Below, piece by piece: positions 29,205-37,403 of a stretch of DNA of 64,000 bases. Origin of the DNA: an uncultured Candidatus Saccharibacteria bacterium (GTDB taxonomy: Bacteria; Patescibacteriota; Dojkabacteria; SC72); contig CAZLLO010000001.1 of the NCBI GenBank assembly GCA_964560525.1, forward strand, positions 78,651-142,650, written 5' to 3'. How positions within the stretch are numbered: position 1 is the first letter of the stretch; the number at the start of each line of letters is the position of its first letter. The position numbers and the translations under genes are program-made. The notes beneath the pieces were generated by a model. That model saw only the letters and a program-made list of their open reading frames with translations, had not been told where the DNA came from and did not search any database.

Positions 29205-30413
29205 ATGAAATTGCCAAAACTCAGACTTAAGATTAACCTTAAGCCATTACTAAACTACATACTAATTATCGTAGTCTCTGCTTTATTCATAGCCTCTATC
29301 TTCATTGCGCTCCCATTAACGGAGAAGTATGTCTCAAAGGCAACGTATAATTTGAATACAAAAGCCGATAGCTACTGGTCAAAGCAATATATTATATCCA
29401 CAGAAAACACTGATACGAAAATACTAAACCAAACAAGAGACATTCTTTTTAAAAGATTGAAAGGATTTGGAGTAGAAGAAATCTCGACATATATAGAAAA
29501 TGACAAAGTTAGAGTTGTGATAACTTCTTCAAAGAACAAGGAGATGACCGAAGAGTTGATTAAAAATAGGTTTGACATTCAAGTTATGACCCGAAAGAGC
29601 AATATTGATTTCGAAAGTTCCACCGATAGTTATGCATATATGCTTGCTACAAACTATGATAGTACAGATTGGTCAAGACAAGATTTTAGGAATATATATA
29701 TCACAAAGCTAAGGAATAGTAGTGGGACATATTCAAACTTTGCAATTTTCAAGTTATGGCCATCTCAGTTAGAGAAGTTTGATACATTCTTAAAAGATCA
29801 TAATGGTCAATATATCGGAGTCAGCATTGATGGCTTTGTAACGCCACATCTTGTCGATACCACTAGTCAGGTATTTGCAATTCCGATCTCTACAGATGAT
29901 GCTCAAGCATTAAAAGTTATGAATCTTCTGTATAACTCTGGAGTACTACCAACTAATCTAAAAGTAGACTCTGAGAAAGACTTAGCTGTAAATATCCCAA
30001 GCGTAAACTATATTCAGCTCACAATTGGAATCTTCGTTGCAATTCTAATGTTCTACTCATATCTATTTATAACAAAGCAAACACAGCCACTCATATTGTT
30101 AAAGTCCCTACTTGCTACCACTCTTACAATCTCTATATATTTATCATTCCTCAAGATTGCTCGTATCCCTATAGATACATTCCTACTTCCACTGGAAACT
30201 ATACTTGTTGTTATAATTGCAAAAGTACTTTCTGAAAACAAAGACTCTAATTTCTACATAGAAATAATCCTACTTCTTACATTAACTGCGACTATATTCC
30301 TTGGAAATGGCTTTGTAAGTATTATTGCACAAGATATGCTTATGTTAACGGCTCTAACTAAGTTATGTATGGTTATCTCTGGTTGGTATATTAATAAAAT
30401 AAAGAAAATATAA
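29205..30413 (+). CDS. Hypothetical membrane protein: N-terminal TM, extracytoplasmic domain, C-terminal TM bundle
   Basis: Hydrophobicity pattern only. Four bp from the upstream stop. Confidence 0.3.
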   Translation: MKLPKLRLKINLKPLLNYILIIVVSALFIASIFIALPLTEKYVSKATYNLNTKADSYWSKQYIISTENTDTKILNQTRDILFKRLKGFGVEEISTYIENDKVRVVITSSKNKEMTEELIKNRFDIQVMTRKSNIDFESSTDSYAYMLATNYDSTDWSRQDFRNIYITKLRNSSGTYSNFAIFKLWPSQLEKFDTFLKDHNGQYIGVSIDGFVTPHLVDTTSQVFAIPISTDDAQALKVMNLLYNSGVLPTNLKVDSEKDLAVNIPSVNYIQLTIGIFVAILMFYSYLFITKQTQPLILLKSLLATTLTISIYLSFLKIARIPIDTFLLPLETILVVIIAKVLSENKDSNFYIEIILLLTLTATIFLGNGFVSIIAQDMLMLTALTKLCMVISGWYINKIKKI

Positions 30414-30415
30414 CT

Positions 30416-30925
30416 ATGGAAATAATAATAAACCTCTGGAACAATTGGACATCATATGAAAAAGTAACATTAGGGTTTCTTTTACTTCTCATTCTTTTGT
30501 TGATTCCTCTAAGCATATACATATTCACCAAGCATAAAACATTAGTATTAATCTCCTTCTTTTCTTTATTAATTGCAGGAGTATTAACTCTAATTTCTTT
30601 CTTTGTGTTAAATCAAATCTTTGGTGTAACAATTGTATTCTTGTATAAATTAGTTCCTTTCATTATTCTTTTTGTTGATATACTAAGTTTAGGAACAATG
30701 ACAGGATATTACACACAAAATCATAAGCATAAGGAATTTAATGTACTTGAAATGAAAAAAGAAATGCTTAGAGATACTTTTAGATTAACAATTGCATTGC
30801 TCCTTCTTTTAACAGGAATATCTATTCTTACACAATCGATATTGCTATTACTTCTTCTTACATTAGGTCTATCGCTTGCAATAATCTGGATCAATTACAC
30901 ACTTTTGTATCGAATGTATAAATAG
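30416..30925 (+). CDS. Hypothetical small polytopic membrane protein
   Basis: Four to five TM helices. Translationally coupled to both neighbours. Confidence 0.3.
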   Translation: MEIIINLWNNWTSYEKVTLGFLLLLILLLIPLSIYIFTKHKTLVLISFFSLLIAGVLTLISFFVLNQIFGVTIVFLYKLVPFIILFVDILSLGTMTGYYTQNHKHKEFNVLEMKKEMLRDTFRLTIALLLLLTGISILTQSILLLLLLTLGLSLAIIWINYTLLYRMYK

Positions 30926-30926
30926 T

Positions 30927-31802
30927 ATGAATCTCCGACCTATTATTGTAATTGCTGGTCCAACCGCATCAGGTAAATCAGATATTGCAATCAGACTAGC
31001 ACAAGATATCAATGGCGAGATTGTAAATGCAGATTCTAGACAAATATATTCTGAGCTATCAATTGGTACTGCAAAACCCTCAGAAGAAGAATTCTCCTCT
31101 GTTCCTCACTATCTTTTTGGACATGTTTCAGTAAAAGATGACTACAACATCTACAAATATCAAAAGGATGTATTTCAAGTTCTAGAACATATTTCTAAAG
31201 ACAAAACGCCTATTCTAGTTGGTGGAACAGGTTTGTATATCGACAGCATTATTTACAATTATGTATTAGAAGAAAACAACTTTCACAAATCTAGAAAAGA
31301 TCTATCTTTACTTAACACAAAACAATTACAATCAGAAATTCCCCAAAATATTCTTTCGAAGCTTAATAACAGTGACAGGAATAATCCTAGAAGACTAATT
31401 CGTATTATTGAGAAAGGGATTAATGATATACAAAAGAAAACCCCATTCCCTCATAAATATTTCGTAATTGATATTCCAAAAGATATTATAGAACAAAGAG
31501 TGAAAGAACGTATTGAAACTATGTTCACGAAAGGATTGATAGAAGAAAACAAGGTACTAAGAGAACAACATTTAGAAAATTGCCCTGCTTTAAATTCAAT
31601 AGGATATTCAGAATTTAATAACTATTTTAATGGTAATAAAACAATAGAAGAGATCAAATCAGAAATATACAAAAACACTCTGAAGTATATTAAACGACAA
31701 AAGACATGGTTTAAAAGAAACTCTGAGTCAACATGGACTAATGACTACGATTTAATTCTAAAAGAATCGAAGAACCTTCTAGCGAATTTTTTATCAGCTT
31801 AA
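30927..31802 (+). CDS. miaA: tRNA dimethylallyltransferase
   Basis: P-loop IVIAGPTASGKSD, then NADSRQIYSELSIGTAKP. Confidence 0.8.
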   Translation: MNLRPIIVIAGPTASGKSDIAIRLAQDINGEIVNADSRQIYSELSIGTAKPSEEEFSSVPHYLFGHVSVKDDYNIYKYQKDVFQVLEHISKDKTPILVGGTGLYIDSIIYNYVLEENNFHKSRKDLSLLNTKQLQSEIPQNILSKLNNSDRNNPRRLIRIIEKGINDIQKKTPFPHKYFVIDIPKDIIEQRVKERIETMFTKGLIEENKVLREQHLENCPALNSIGYSEFNNYFNGNKTIEEIKSEIYKNTLKYIKRQKTWFKRNSESTWTNDYDLILKESKNLLANFLSA

Positions 31803-32301
31803 TATCACTTACATAAAATTCAATCTTTTTAATATCAAGTGTTTTTGTAACCCTGTATAAATCCTTAGATATATTGGTATATTCCTGTTTGCTAAGATCC
31901 TCACTTACTCTCCCCAACACAAGATGTGGAACAAAATTTCCTTGATCCTTAATACCTAATAGTTTCCTTAGCTCAAGAAGCAAGTTTCTCATTTCCTCAC
32001 CTCCTGTTTCAAGATCGAGGTAGATTAATTCTTTATATTTCTTGGATATCCCTATCTTCACAGTATGGAAAGTTATCTTAAAGGGCTTCATCTGAAACCC
32101 TTTAAGCTTATACCTTAACCAATACAATCTAAAAAATGGAAGACTATGTCCCAAAGACAAAAGGTGAAGATTATATCCTTGCGAATTACTCCATCTAACA
32201 GGGATTTGTAAATCATTAAATACATGACCTATTTCACCTACCACCTTTTTAATTTTCTGAGTACTTTCCTCATCAGGACAAAACCCTAAGAAAAATTCCA
32301 T
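31738..32301 (-). CDS. 2H phosphoesterase superfamily protein (LigT/ThpR-like), with degenerate HxT motifs
   Basis: Size and layout match LigT: N-terminus FFLGFCPDEE, then NLHLLSLG (compare NLHLTLAFLG) and VPHLVLGRV (compare HPHITLLR). Both histidines are kept, but both Thr positions are replaced by Leu/Val. Confidence 0.4.
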   Translation of the reverse strand: MEFFLGFCPDEESTQKIKKVVGEIGHVFNDLQIPVRWSNSQGYNLHLLSLGHSLPFFRLYWLRYKLKGFQMKPFKITFHTVKIGISKKYKELIYLDLETGGEEMRNLLLELRKLLGIKDQGNFVPHLVLGRVSEDLSKQEYTNISKDLYRVTKTLDIKKIEFYVSDIKLIKNSLEGSSILLELNRSH

Positions 32302-32305
32302 ATCT

Positions 32306-33577
32306 TTATGCCGAAATCTTATCTATCCCACCCATAAATGGTCTCAGAACCTCAGGTATAGTTATGCTTCCATCAGCTTGTTGATATGCCTCTACCAAAG
32401 CAACCATTAACCTACTTGTGGCTAAACCTGACCCATTAAGGGTATGCATATACTTTGGCTTACTTCCATCAGTTGGTTTGTATTTCATATTTCCTCTCCT
32501 AGCTTGATAGTCAGTAACGTTAGAAACAGAACTTACCTCGTAGTATGTATCCAATGAAGGCATATATACTTCGATATCATATGTTCTAGCCGCACCCGCA
32601 GAACAATCACCTGCAGCAAGCTTAACAACTCTGTAATGAAGACCTAACTTTGTAACAAGGTCTTCCGCTTTTGCTACTAGCTCTTCAAACGCTTCTTTTG
32701 ATTTATCCTCAGCAGTAAACTGATACATCTCAACCTTGTTAAATTGGTGTACCCTAATTAATCCTTTTTCATTTGCTCTGTAAGTACCTGCTTCTCTTCT
32801 GTAACAAGGAGTATATGCAAAGAACTTCTTTGGGAGCTCTTTCTCATCAAGAACAGAATCTCTATATATATTGGTCAGAACAGTTTCAGCAGTAGGAATC
32901 AAACATAGCCCATCTTGTACCCAATATACATCATCTTTAAATTTTGGAAGCTGTCCTGCAGTATATGCAGATTGCTCAACGACCAAATTAGGTGGAATGA
33001 TCATTTCATATCCAGACTTATTATGTTCTGATATGAAGAAATTAATCAAAGCCCACTCCAATTGAGCACCCAATCCCCTATACATAGAGAAATTAGTTCC
33101 TGAAACCTTTGATGCAGTTTCAAAATCAAACATATTTAAATTCTTCCCTAGTTCAACATGGTCTTTAATTGGGAAATCAAAAGTAGGTTTCTCTCCAACC
33201 ATCTTTATAACTTGGTTACTTTCTTTACCTCCAGCTACAACATCTTCCTCAGGGATGTTTGGCAAAACATCCATCTTCTGTTTTAGTTCTGCTTCTACAT
33301 TTCGAAGCTCCCCCTCTAGATTCTTTACCTCTTCTGATTTAGCCTTAAGGTCTACAACTAGTTGTTTAAATTCATCACCTCCCTTTTCTATTTTTGCCAT
33401 CTTCTCATTGAACGCATTCTGCTCTCCTCGTTTAGCATCATACTGTGTTTGTAATTGCTTTCTCTTTTCATACAAATCAACAATACTCTTTAAGTCCAGT
33501 TTCTCAACTTCCATTCTCTTCAGAAGCCCCTTCTCAACAACATCTCTTTCTTCAATTATTTTTTTAATATCTATCAT
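32306..33577 (-). CDS. serS: Seryl-tRNA synthetase
   Basis: N-terminal coiled coil. Class II motifs LIPTAETVLTNIYRD, FFAYTPCYRREAG and VHQFNKVEMYQF. Confidence 0.85.
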   Translation of the reverse strand: MIDIKKIIEERDVVEKGLLKRMEVEKLDLKSIVDLYEKRKQLQTQYDAKRGEQNAFNEKMAKIEKGGDEFKQLVVDLKAKSEEVKNLEGELRNVEAELKQKMDVLPNIPEEDVVAGGKESNQVIKMVGEKPTFDFPIKDHVELGKNLNMFDFETASKVSGTNFSMYRGLGAQLEWALINFFISEHNKSGYEMIIPPNLVVEQSAYTAGQLPKFKDDVYWVQDGLCLIPTAETVLTNIYRDSVLDEKELPKKFFAYTPCYRREAGTYRANEKGLIRVHQFNKVEMYQFTAEDKSKEAFEELVAKAEDLVTKLGLHYRVVKLAAGDCSAGAARTYDIEVYMPSLDTYYEVSSVSNVTDYQARRGNMKYKPTDGSKPKYMHTLNGSGLATSRLMVALVEAYQQADGSITIPEVLRPFMGGIDKISA

Positions 33578-33727
33578 CTATATATTTCTTTAATTTAAAT
33601 CTATACACAAGTTTTGAAAAGTAATTAATTCGTCCTCCTAGAGGACGGATGATGGTGATGAATTAACGCAAAAATATATTCTCATACCTTGTTTATTATA
33701 TTCTCCAAACTTGGTATTATCAAGAAT

Positions 33728-34732
33728 ATGCAAACTTACAACAAGAAATTTAAACAATTAATACAAAAATCTAAGAATATTTTAATACTTACACACAAAA
33801 GCCCTGATGTAGATGCTTTCTGTAGCATGATTATGATGAAGAAATTCTTAGAATATACATTTCCTAAGAAGAATGTAGTTATGAAAGCAAGACAAATGCC
33901 TGGTCTAAGTCTTCCTTGTATGAAAGAAATAGAATTAGTATCCCATATTGAGAAAGGAGAAGAAGATCTGGTTATAATAACGGATGCTGGCTCGCTTCCT
34001 CAATGTTTAGATTTAGAAAAGGATCCCTTCTCAGTAGATCTAGATCATTTAGTATTTATAGACCACCATACAGAAGGAACTCCAGAAGAAAATGCTCTTA
34101 CAATTAACGAAATGAGAAGCTCTGCTTCAGAACAGGTCTTTGCGATCTTTAAAGATATTTTAGGTAGAAAATTTAAGCTTCCTAAAGAGATTGCAGAATT
34201 AACACAGTATGGGATTGTTGCTGATACTGGACGATTTATATATTCAGGCACAACACCAGATACTTTACGAATTTTTGCCGATGCAAAAGAAGTTTCAAGT
34301 GTAGAGCTTGAGGAAATGTCTTACAAAATTGGTAAATTCCCAAGGGAAGCTACAGAGGCTATTATTGTGTATCTTAAAACTCTTACAATACAAAAGGATA
34401 TGGCATACATGTATATATCAAAAGACATGATAGTTGAAAATAATCTTGGAAAAACGGGCGTAAATGAAGCTCAAAGCTTCCTTAGAGATAAATATATAAG
34501 GTTTATACAAGGAGTACATTGGGGATTCATAATTAAGCCAGATTTTGATAATGAGGATACTTGGTTTGTATCATTTAGAGGGACCAAGGGTTATCAGGAT
34601 GTTGGTAAAATCGCAAAGTTACTTGGTGGTGGTGGACATGAATTTGCATCTGCTTCACCCATTAAAGCAAAAACTGTTGAAGAAGCATTACAGCTTGTGC
34701 TTAACGCTATAGAGAAATCTGAAACCGTTTAA
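33728..34732 (+). CDS. nrnA: DHH-family phosphoesterase, NrnA-like nanoRNase/pAp phosphatase
   Basis: DHH motifs ILTHKSPDVDAF, ITDAG and FIDHHTEG. DHHA1 motif GGGGHEFAS. Start taken at the internal Met 14; the ORF-track start is 33689. Confidence 0.7.
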   Translation: MQTYNKKFKQLIQKSKNILILTHKSPDVDAFCSMIMMKKFLEYTFPKKNVVMKARQMPGLSLPCMKEIELVSHIEKGEEDLVIITDAGSLPQCLDLEKDPFSVDLDHLVFIDHHTEGTPEENALTINEMRSSASEQVFAIFKDILGRKFKLPKEIAELTQYGIVADTGRFIYSGTTPDTLRIFADAKEVSSVELEEMSYKIGKFPREATEAIIVYLKTLTIQKDMAYMYISKDMIVENNLGKTGVNEAQSFLRDKYIRFIQGVHWGFIIKPDFDNEDTWFVSFRGTKGYQDVGKIAKLLGGGGHEFASASPIKAKTVEEALQLVLNAIEKSETV

Positions 34733-34735
34733 TTA

Positions 34736-35599
34736 TTATCCTCCTGCACTTACATATTTCTTAACATTTTGTTTCCATACCCACTGGCTAAAGTTTAGAA
34801 ACAAGATTGCAATACCTAAACCCACAAGTAATAGATATATGCTTCCACGACCAATCAAGAGATTTGCTGGGAGAGTCGTTATAAATCCAATAGGTAGCAA
34901 TGTGTACCAAATAAATTGAAGTGATTCCCCATATATATTTACAGGGTATCTAGTTAAACCTAAGAGTTCCTTTGTTATTGCTAGAAATCCATTTCTTGGA
35001 TGAGAAACTGTAAAACTAGCAAAGAAGAGATAGAATGCATACCAAAGCATTAACCCAATTATAATACCAACGATACACAATATTACACCCCAAATAGTAA
35101 GAGTACTCCATTGTTGGACAACATAATAAGCTATCAAGGCAACACCTGCTAAAGATGATATCCAGTTATATACAGAGAACTCGCAAAATGAAGCAAGCCA
35201 AGAGGATGATAGTGGTTTTAACAATACGAAATCGAAATCCCCCTCTACTATTTTTCTTTCTAGATAATCCAAATTTACACCAAATAATGCCCATCCTGAA
35301 TAATTCAGAAGATTCCACAACCCCATAACCAAATATGCTTCTGTCTTGGTCCATCCAATGTATATTTCTTGGTTTCCAAATACAAGATTAAGCAAAAGTA
35401 CTTGGATACCAACAAGAAGTATCGTACGTGATAATCTTACAATAATCTCAGATTTGTATGCATTACTCTTTTTAGTGCTTGCTTTAAGGTTCAAGAACCA
35501 AATCTTGAGATAGTAAAAAATTGTATTTCTAAATGCCCTCCGCTGCATATTTCTTGATAGATTTTGTAAATAGAATATGATAAAGAACATATAGAACAA
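34736..35599 (-). CDS. ABC-2 family (PF06182/DUF990-like) membrane protein, paralog 1
   Basis: Six TM helices and a GDFDFVLLKPLS block. The family assignment is from memory. No ATPase gene is adjacent. Confidence 0.35.
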   Translation of the reverse strand: MFYMFFIIFYLQNLSRNMQRRAFRNTIFYYLKIWFLNLKASTKKSNAYKSEIIVRLSRTILLVGIQVLLLNLVFGNQEIYIGWTKTEAYLVMGLWNLLNYSGWALFGVNLDYLERKIVEGDFDFVLLKPLSSSWLASFCEFSVYNWISSLAGVALIAYYVVQQWSTLTIWGVILCIVGIIIGLMLWYAFYLFFASFTVSHPRNGFLAITKELLGLTRYPVNIYGESLQFIWYTLLPIGFITTLPANLLIGRGSIYLLLVGLGIAILFLNFSQWVWKQNVKKYVSAGG

Positions 35600-36353
35600 C
35601 TAACCAAATACCTGCAATAATAAAACCAAGGCTGATATCATAATTTGTCATTCTCCCAAGTAAAATCTCCAATGGGAATGAAAGTGTATATCTGAGAGGA
35701 AGAATCTGAACTATATACAGGAATACAAGGGGTAACACTACGAGGGGGGCAAATTCTCCAGAAAGAATAGTTGTAAGATTGTAATAGAATGTTCTCATAC
35801 CATCCATGTTCTTATTATAAAAAGATAAAAGAGTAAAGATATTCCCGAGCATAAAATTTATTAAAAAGCCAAGGATAATCGCCAATATCGAAAGGGATAT
35901 TAGATATGGATTGAAGTCTACAATCCATAAGTTAAGCTTCATGGTTATTAATATTCCTATCACAAATGCAGGAATAGAAACAACTAATCTGAACAAATTT
36001 GCCCCTATATTGCTTCCCAGATATTCTGTTAAATACGAAAATGGTTTAAGTAAAAGATTCGAGAATTTACCATTCAGTATAGCTCTCACACCATTCTCTG
36101 GAGTGATATCTCTTGTTAATTTGGAAACAAGGAGCATAAGTACATAATAAGAAACAATGTATCCAATATCTGTATACCTAGTAAATTTCACAGAAGCCGC
36201 CCATACAAAGCAAAGTCCTACAATCTTAATAGTATCTGCAATAATCCACATGATTAATTGCTCCTTGTGCATAAATTCTTGGGAGAAAAACATCCCTATT
36301 TCCTTCTTTAATATAATTTTGAAATTATTTCTTTTGTTTTTCTCTTCTTTCAT
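35529..36353 (-). CDS. ABC-2 family (PF06182-like) membrane protein, paralog 2
   Basis: Six TM helices and a KFSNLLLKPFSY block that parallels the one in paralog 1. Confidence 0.35.
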   Translation of the reverse strand: MKEEKNKRNNFKIILKKEIGMFFSQEFMHKEQLIMWIIADTIKIVGLCFVWAASVKFTRYTDIGYIVSYYVLMLLVSKLTRDITPENGVRAILNGKFSNLLLKPFSYLTEYLGSNIGANLFRLVVSIPAFVIGILITMKLNLWIVDFNPYLISLSILAIILGFLINFMLGNIFTLLSFYNKNMDGMRTFYYNLTTILSGEFAPLVVLPLVFLYIVQILPLRYTLSFPLEILLGRMTNYDISLGFIIAGIWLVVLYVLYHILFTKSIKKYAAEGI

Positions 36354-36696
36354 TCTCTAGTTCTTTTACTTTCCACATAAATATTTTACTTTTATCTTTT
36401 GCATTAGGATAATCTATCGTAAAGCTATATGCCATTTCTAATATTGCTCTTGGTTTCTCCTTTGCCCATTTAATATACATAGTAGCTCTTTGCTTGTCTT
36501 CTAACTTCCCAGCTAATCTAAGCCCATACATTTGATACTCTGTAGAGATATATTTATGTTTGTTATCAAATAGCTTATTTGTATTTGTTGCTAACTTCTT
36601 TGTATCAAAGAGTGTATTCTGTGAAGAGCTTGTTTCATCAGCCTTGTCTTCAGCCCCTTGTTTGATTTGTTGTAACAGATCTTTGATTGATTCCAT
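36325..36696 (-). CDS. Hypothetical protein
   Basis: ORF only. Charged N-terminus. Confidence 0.25.
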   Translation of the reverse strand: MESIKDLLQQIKQGAEDKADETSSSQNTLFDTKKLATNTNKLFDNKHKYISTEYQMYGLRLAGKLEDKQRATMYIKWAKEKPRAILEMAYSFTIDYPNAKDKSKIFMWKVKELENERREKQKK

Positions 36697-37028
36697 ATGT
36701 TAATGATAACAGAAATAGATAGATTATTTCATATTGACCTATAATATCCACAATGATATGATTCATTTGTTTTTAAAAGATCTTTTACACAAAACTCCCC
36801 TTGACTATGTCGCCTAATGATAAGGGCTCTGCTTTCTACAGCATAGTACTGAGGCATTATTGCTTCATAGTTAGATACACTTCCTGGGTTCTTGAACATT
36901 GTGAGATATCTCTTCTCCCCGTTCAGGGACAAAAACACTGGATAATACATTCTTCAACATCAAAGCTTCTTCCTGGGCAGGTAGGAATGCATTTGTTGCG
37001 TGCGAGAATCAAAAACCAGTGTCAATGA

Positions 37029-37083
37029 GCCAATCCTCAGATAGTAATATTTACCCTGAGGATTGGCCTTTTTTATTGTTTTT
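37029..37083 (+). terminator. Strong plus-strand intrinsic terminator
   Basis: 12-bp stem GCCAATCCTCAG/CTGAGGATTGGC, followed by CTTTTTTATTGTTTTT. Confidence 0.6.
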
Positions 37084-37261
37084 CAACAAATGTTGGTATA
37101 TAATCATTCCTGTTCATTCCCAATTTGATAAATTGAAGATTCCCGTAGACAAAAGAGTTTCAACACTTTCGCTCTTCTATCGTAAAAGATAGATGTACTT
37201 ACAGAGCAATGAAAGTAAAACCGTTTCGGTTATTAATCTATGTGAGAATCTTCATCCCTGG

Positions 37262-37333
37262 CCCCTGTAGCTGAATATTAATAATATAACCATATTATTA
37301 AACTACAATGAGTTCAAACCTCATCAGGGGCAT
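37262..37333 (+). ncRNA. tRNA-like element: canonical acceptor stem and T-arm, but no canonical D and anticodon arms
   Basis: GCCCCTG pairs with CAGGGGC, followed by discriminator A. U8 and A9 are present. T-arm is ATGAG-TTCAAAC-CTCAT. The central 40 nt are AT-rich and fold into an 8-bp hairpin (AATAATAT-AACC-ATATTATT) instead of D and anticodon arms. Confidence 0.35.
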
Positions 37334-37403
37334 CTAAAATTGTCCAGCCTCTTCTTGCCACTACGGCTATTCATAATATATGGATAAAAAAAGCAGAGGT
37401 TGG

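Noticed and set aside
36729-37028. Overlapping small ORFs (minus 73 aa, plus 75 aa)
   Set aside because: Neither has a recognisable motif or a convincing RBS. They are kept only as context for the orphan terminator, not called as genes.
37084-37335. Possibility that the tRNA-like element is the 3' end of a tmRNA (ssrA)
   Set aside because: The matching 5' acceptor strand GCCCCTG lies immediately adjacent, with a 72-nt span. There is no tag-reading frame, no pseudoknot region and no GGGG...UUCGAC-type 5' end upstream. A permuted tmRNA is also not supported.
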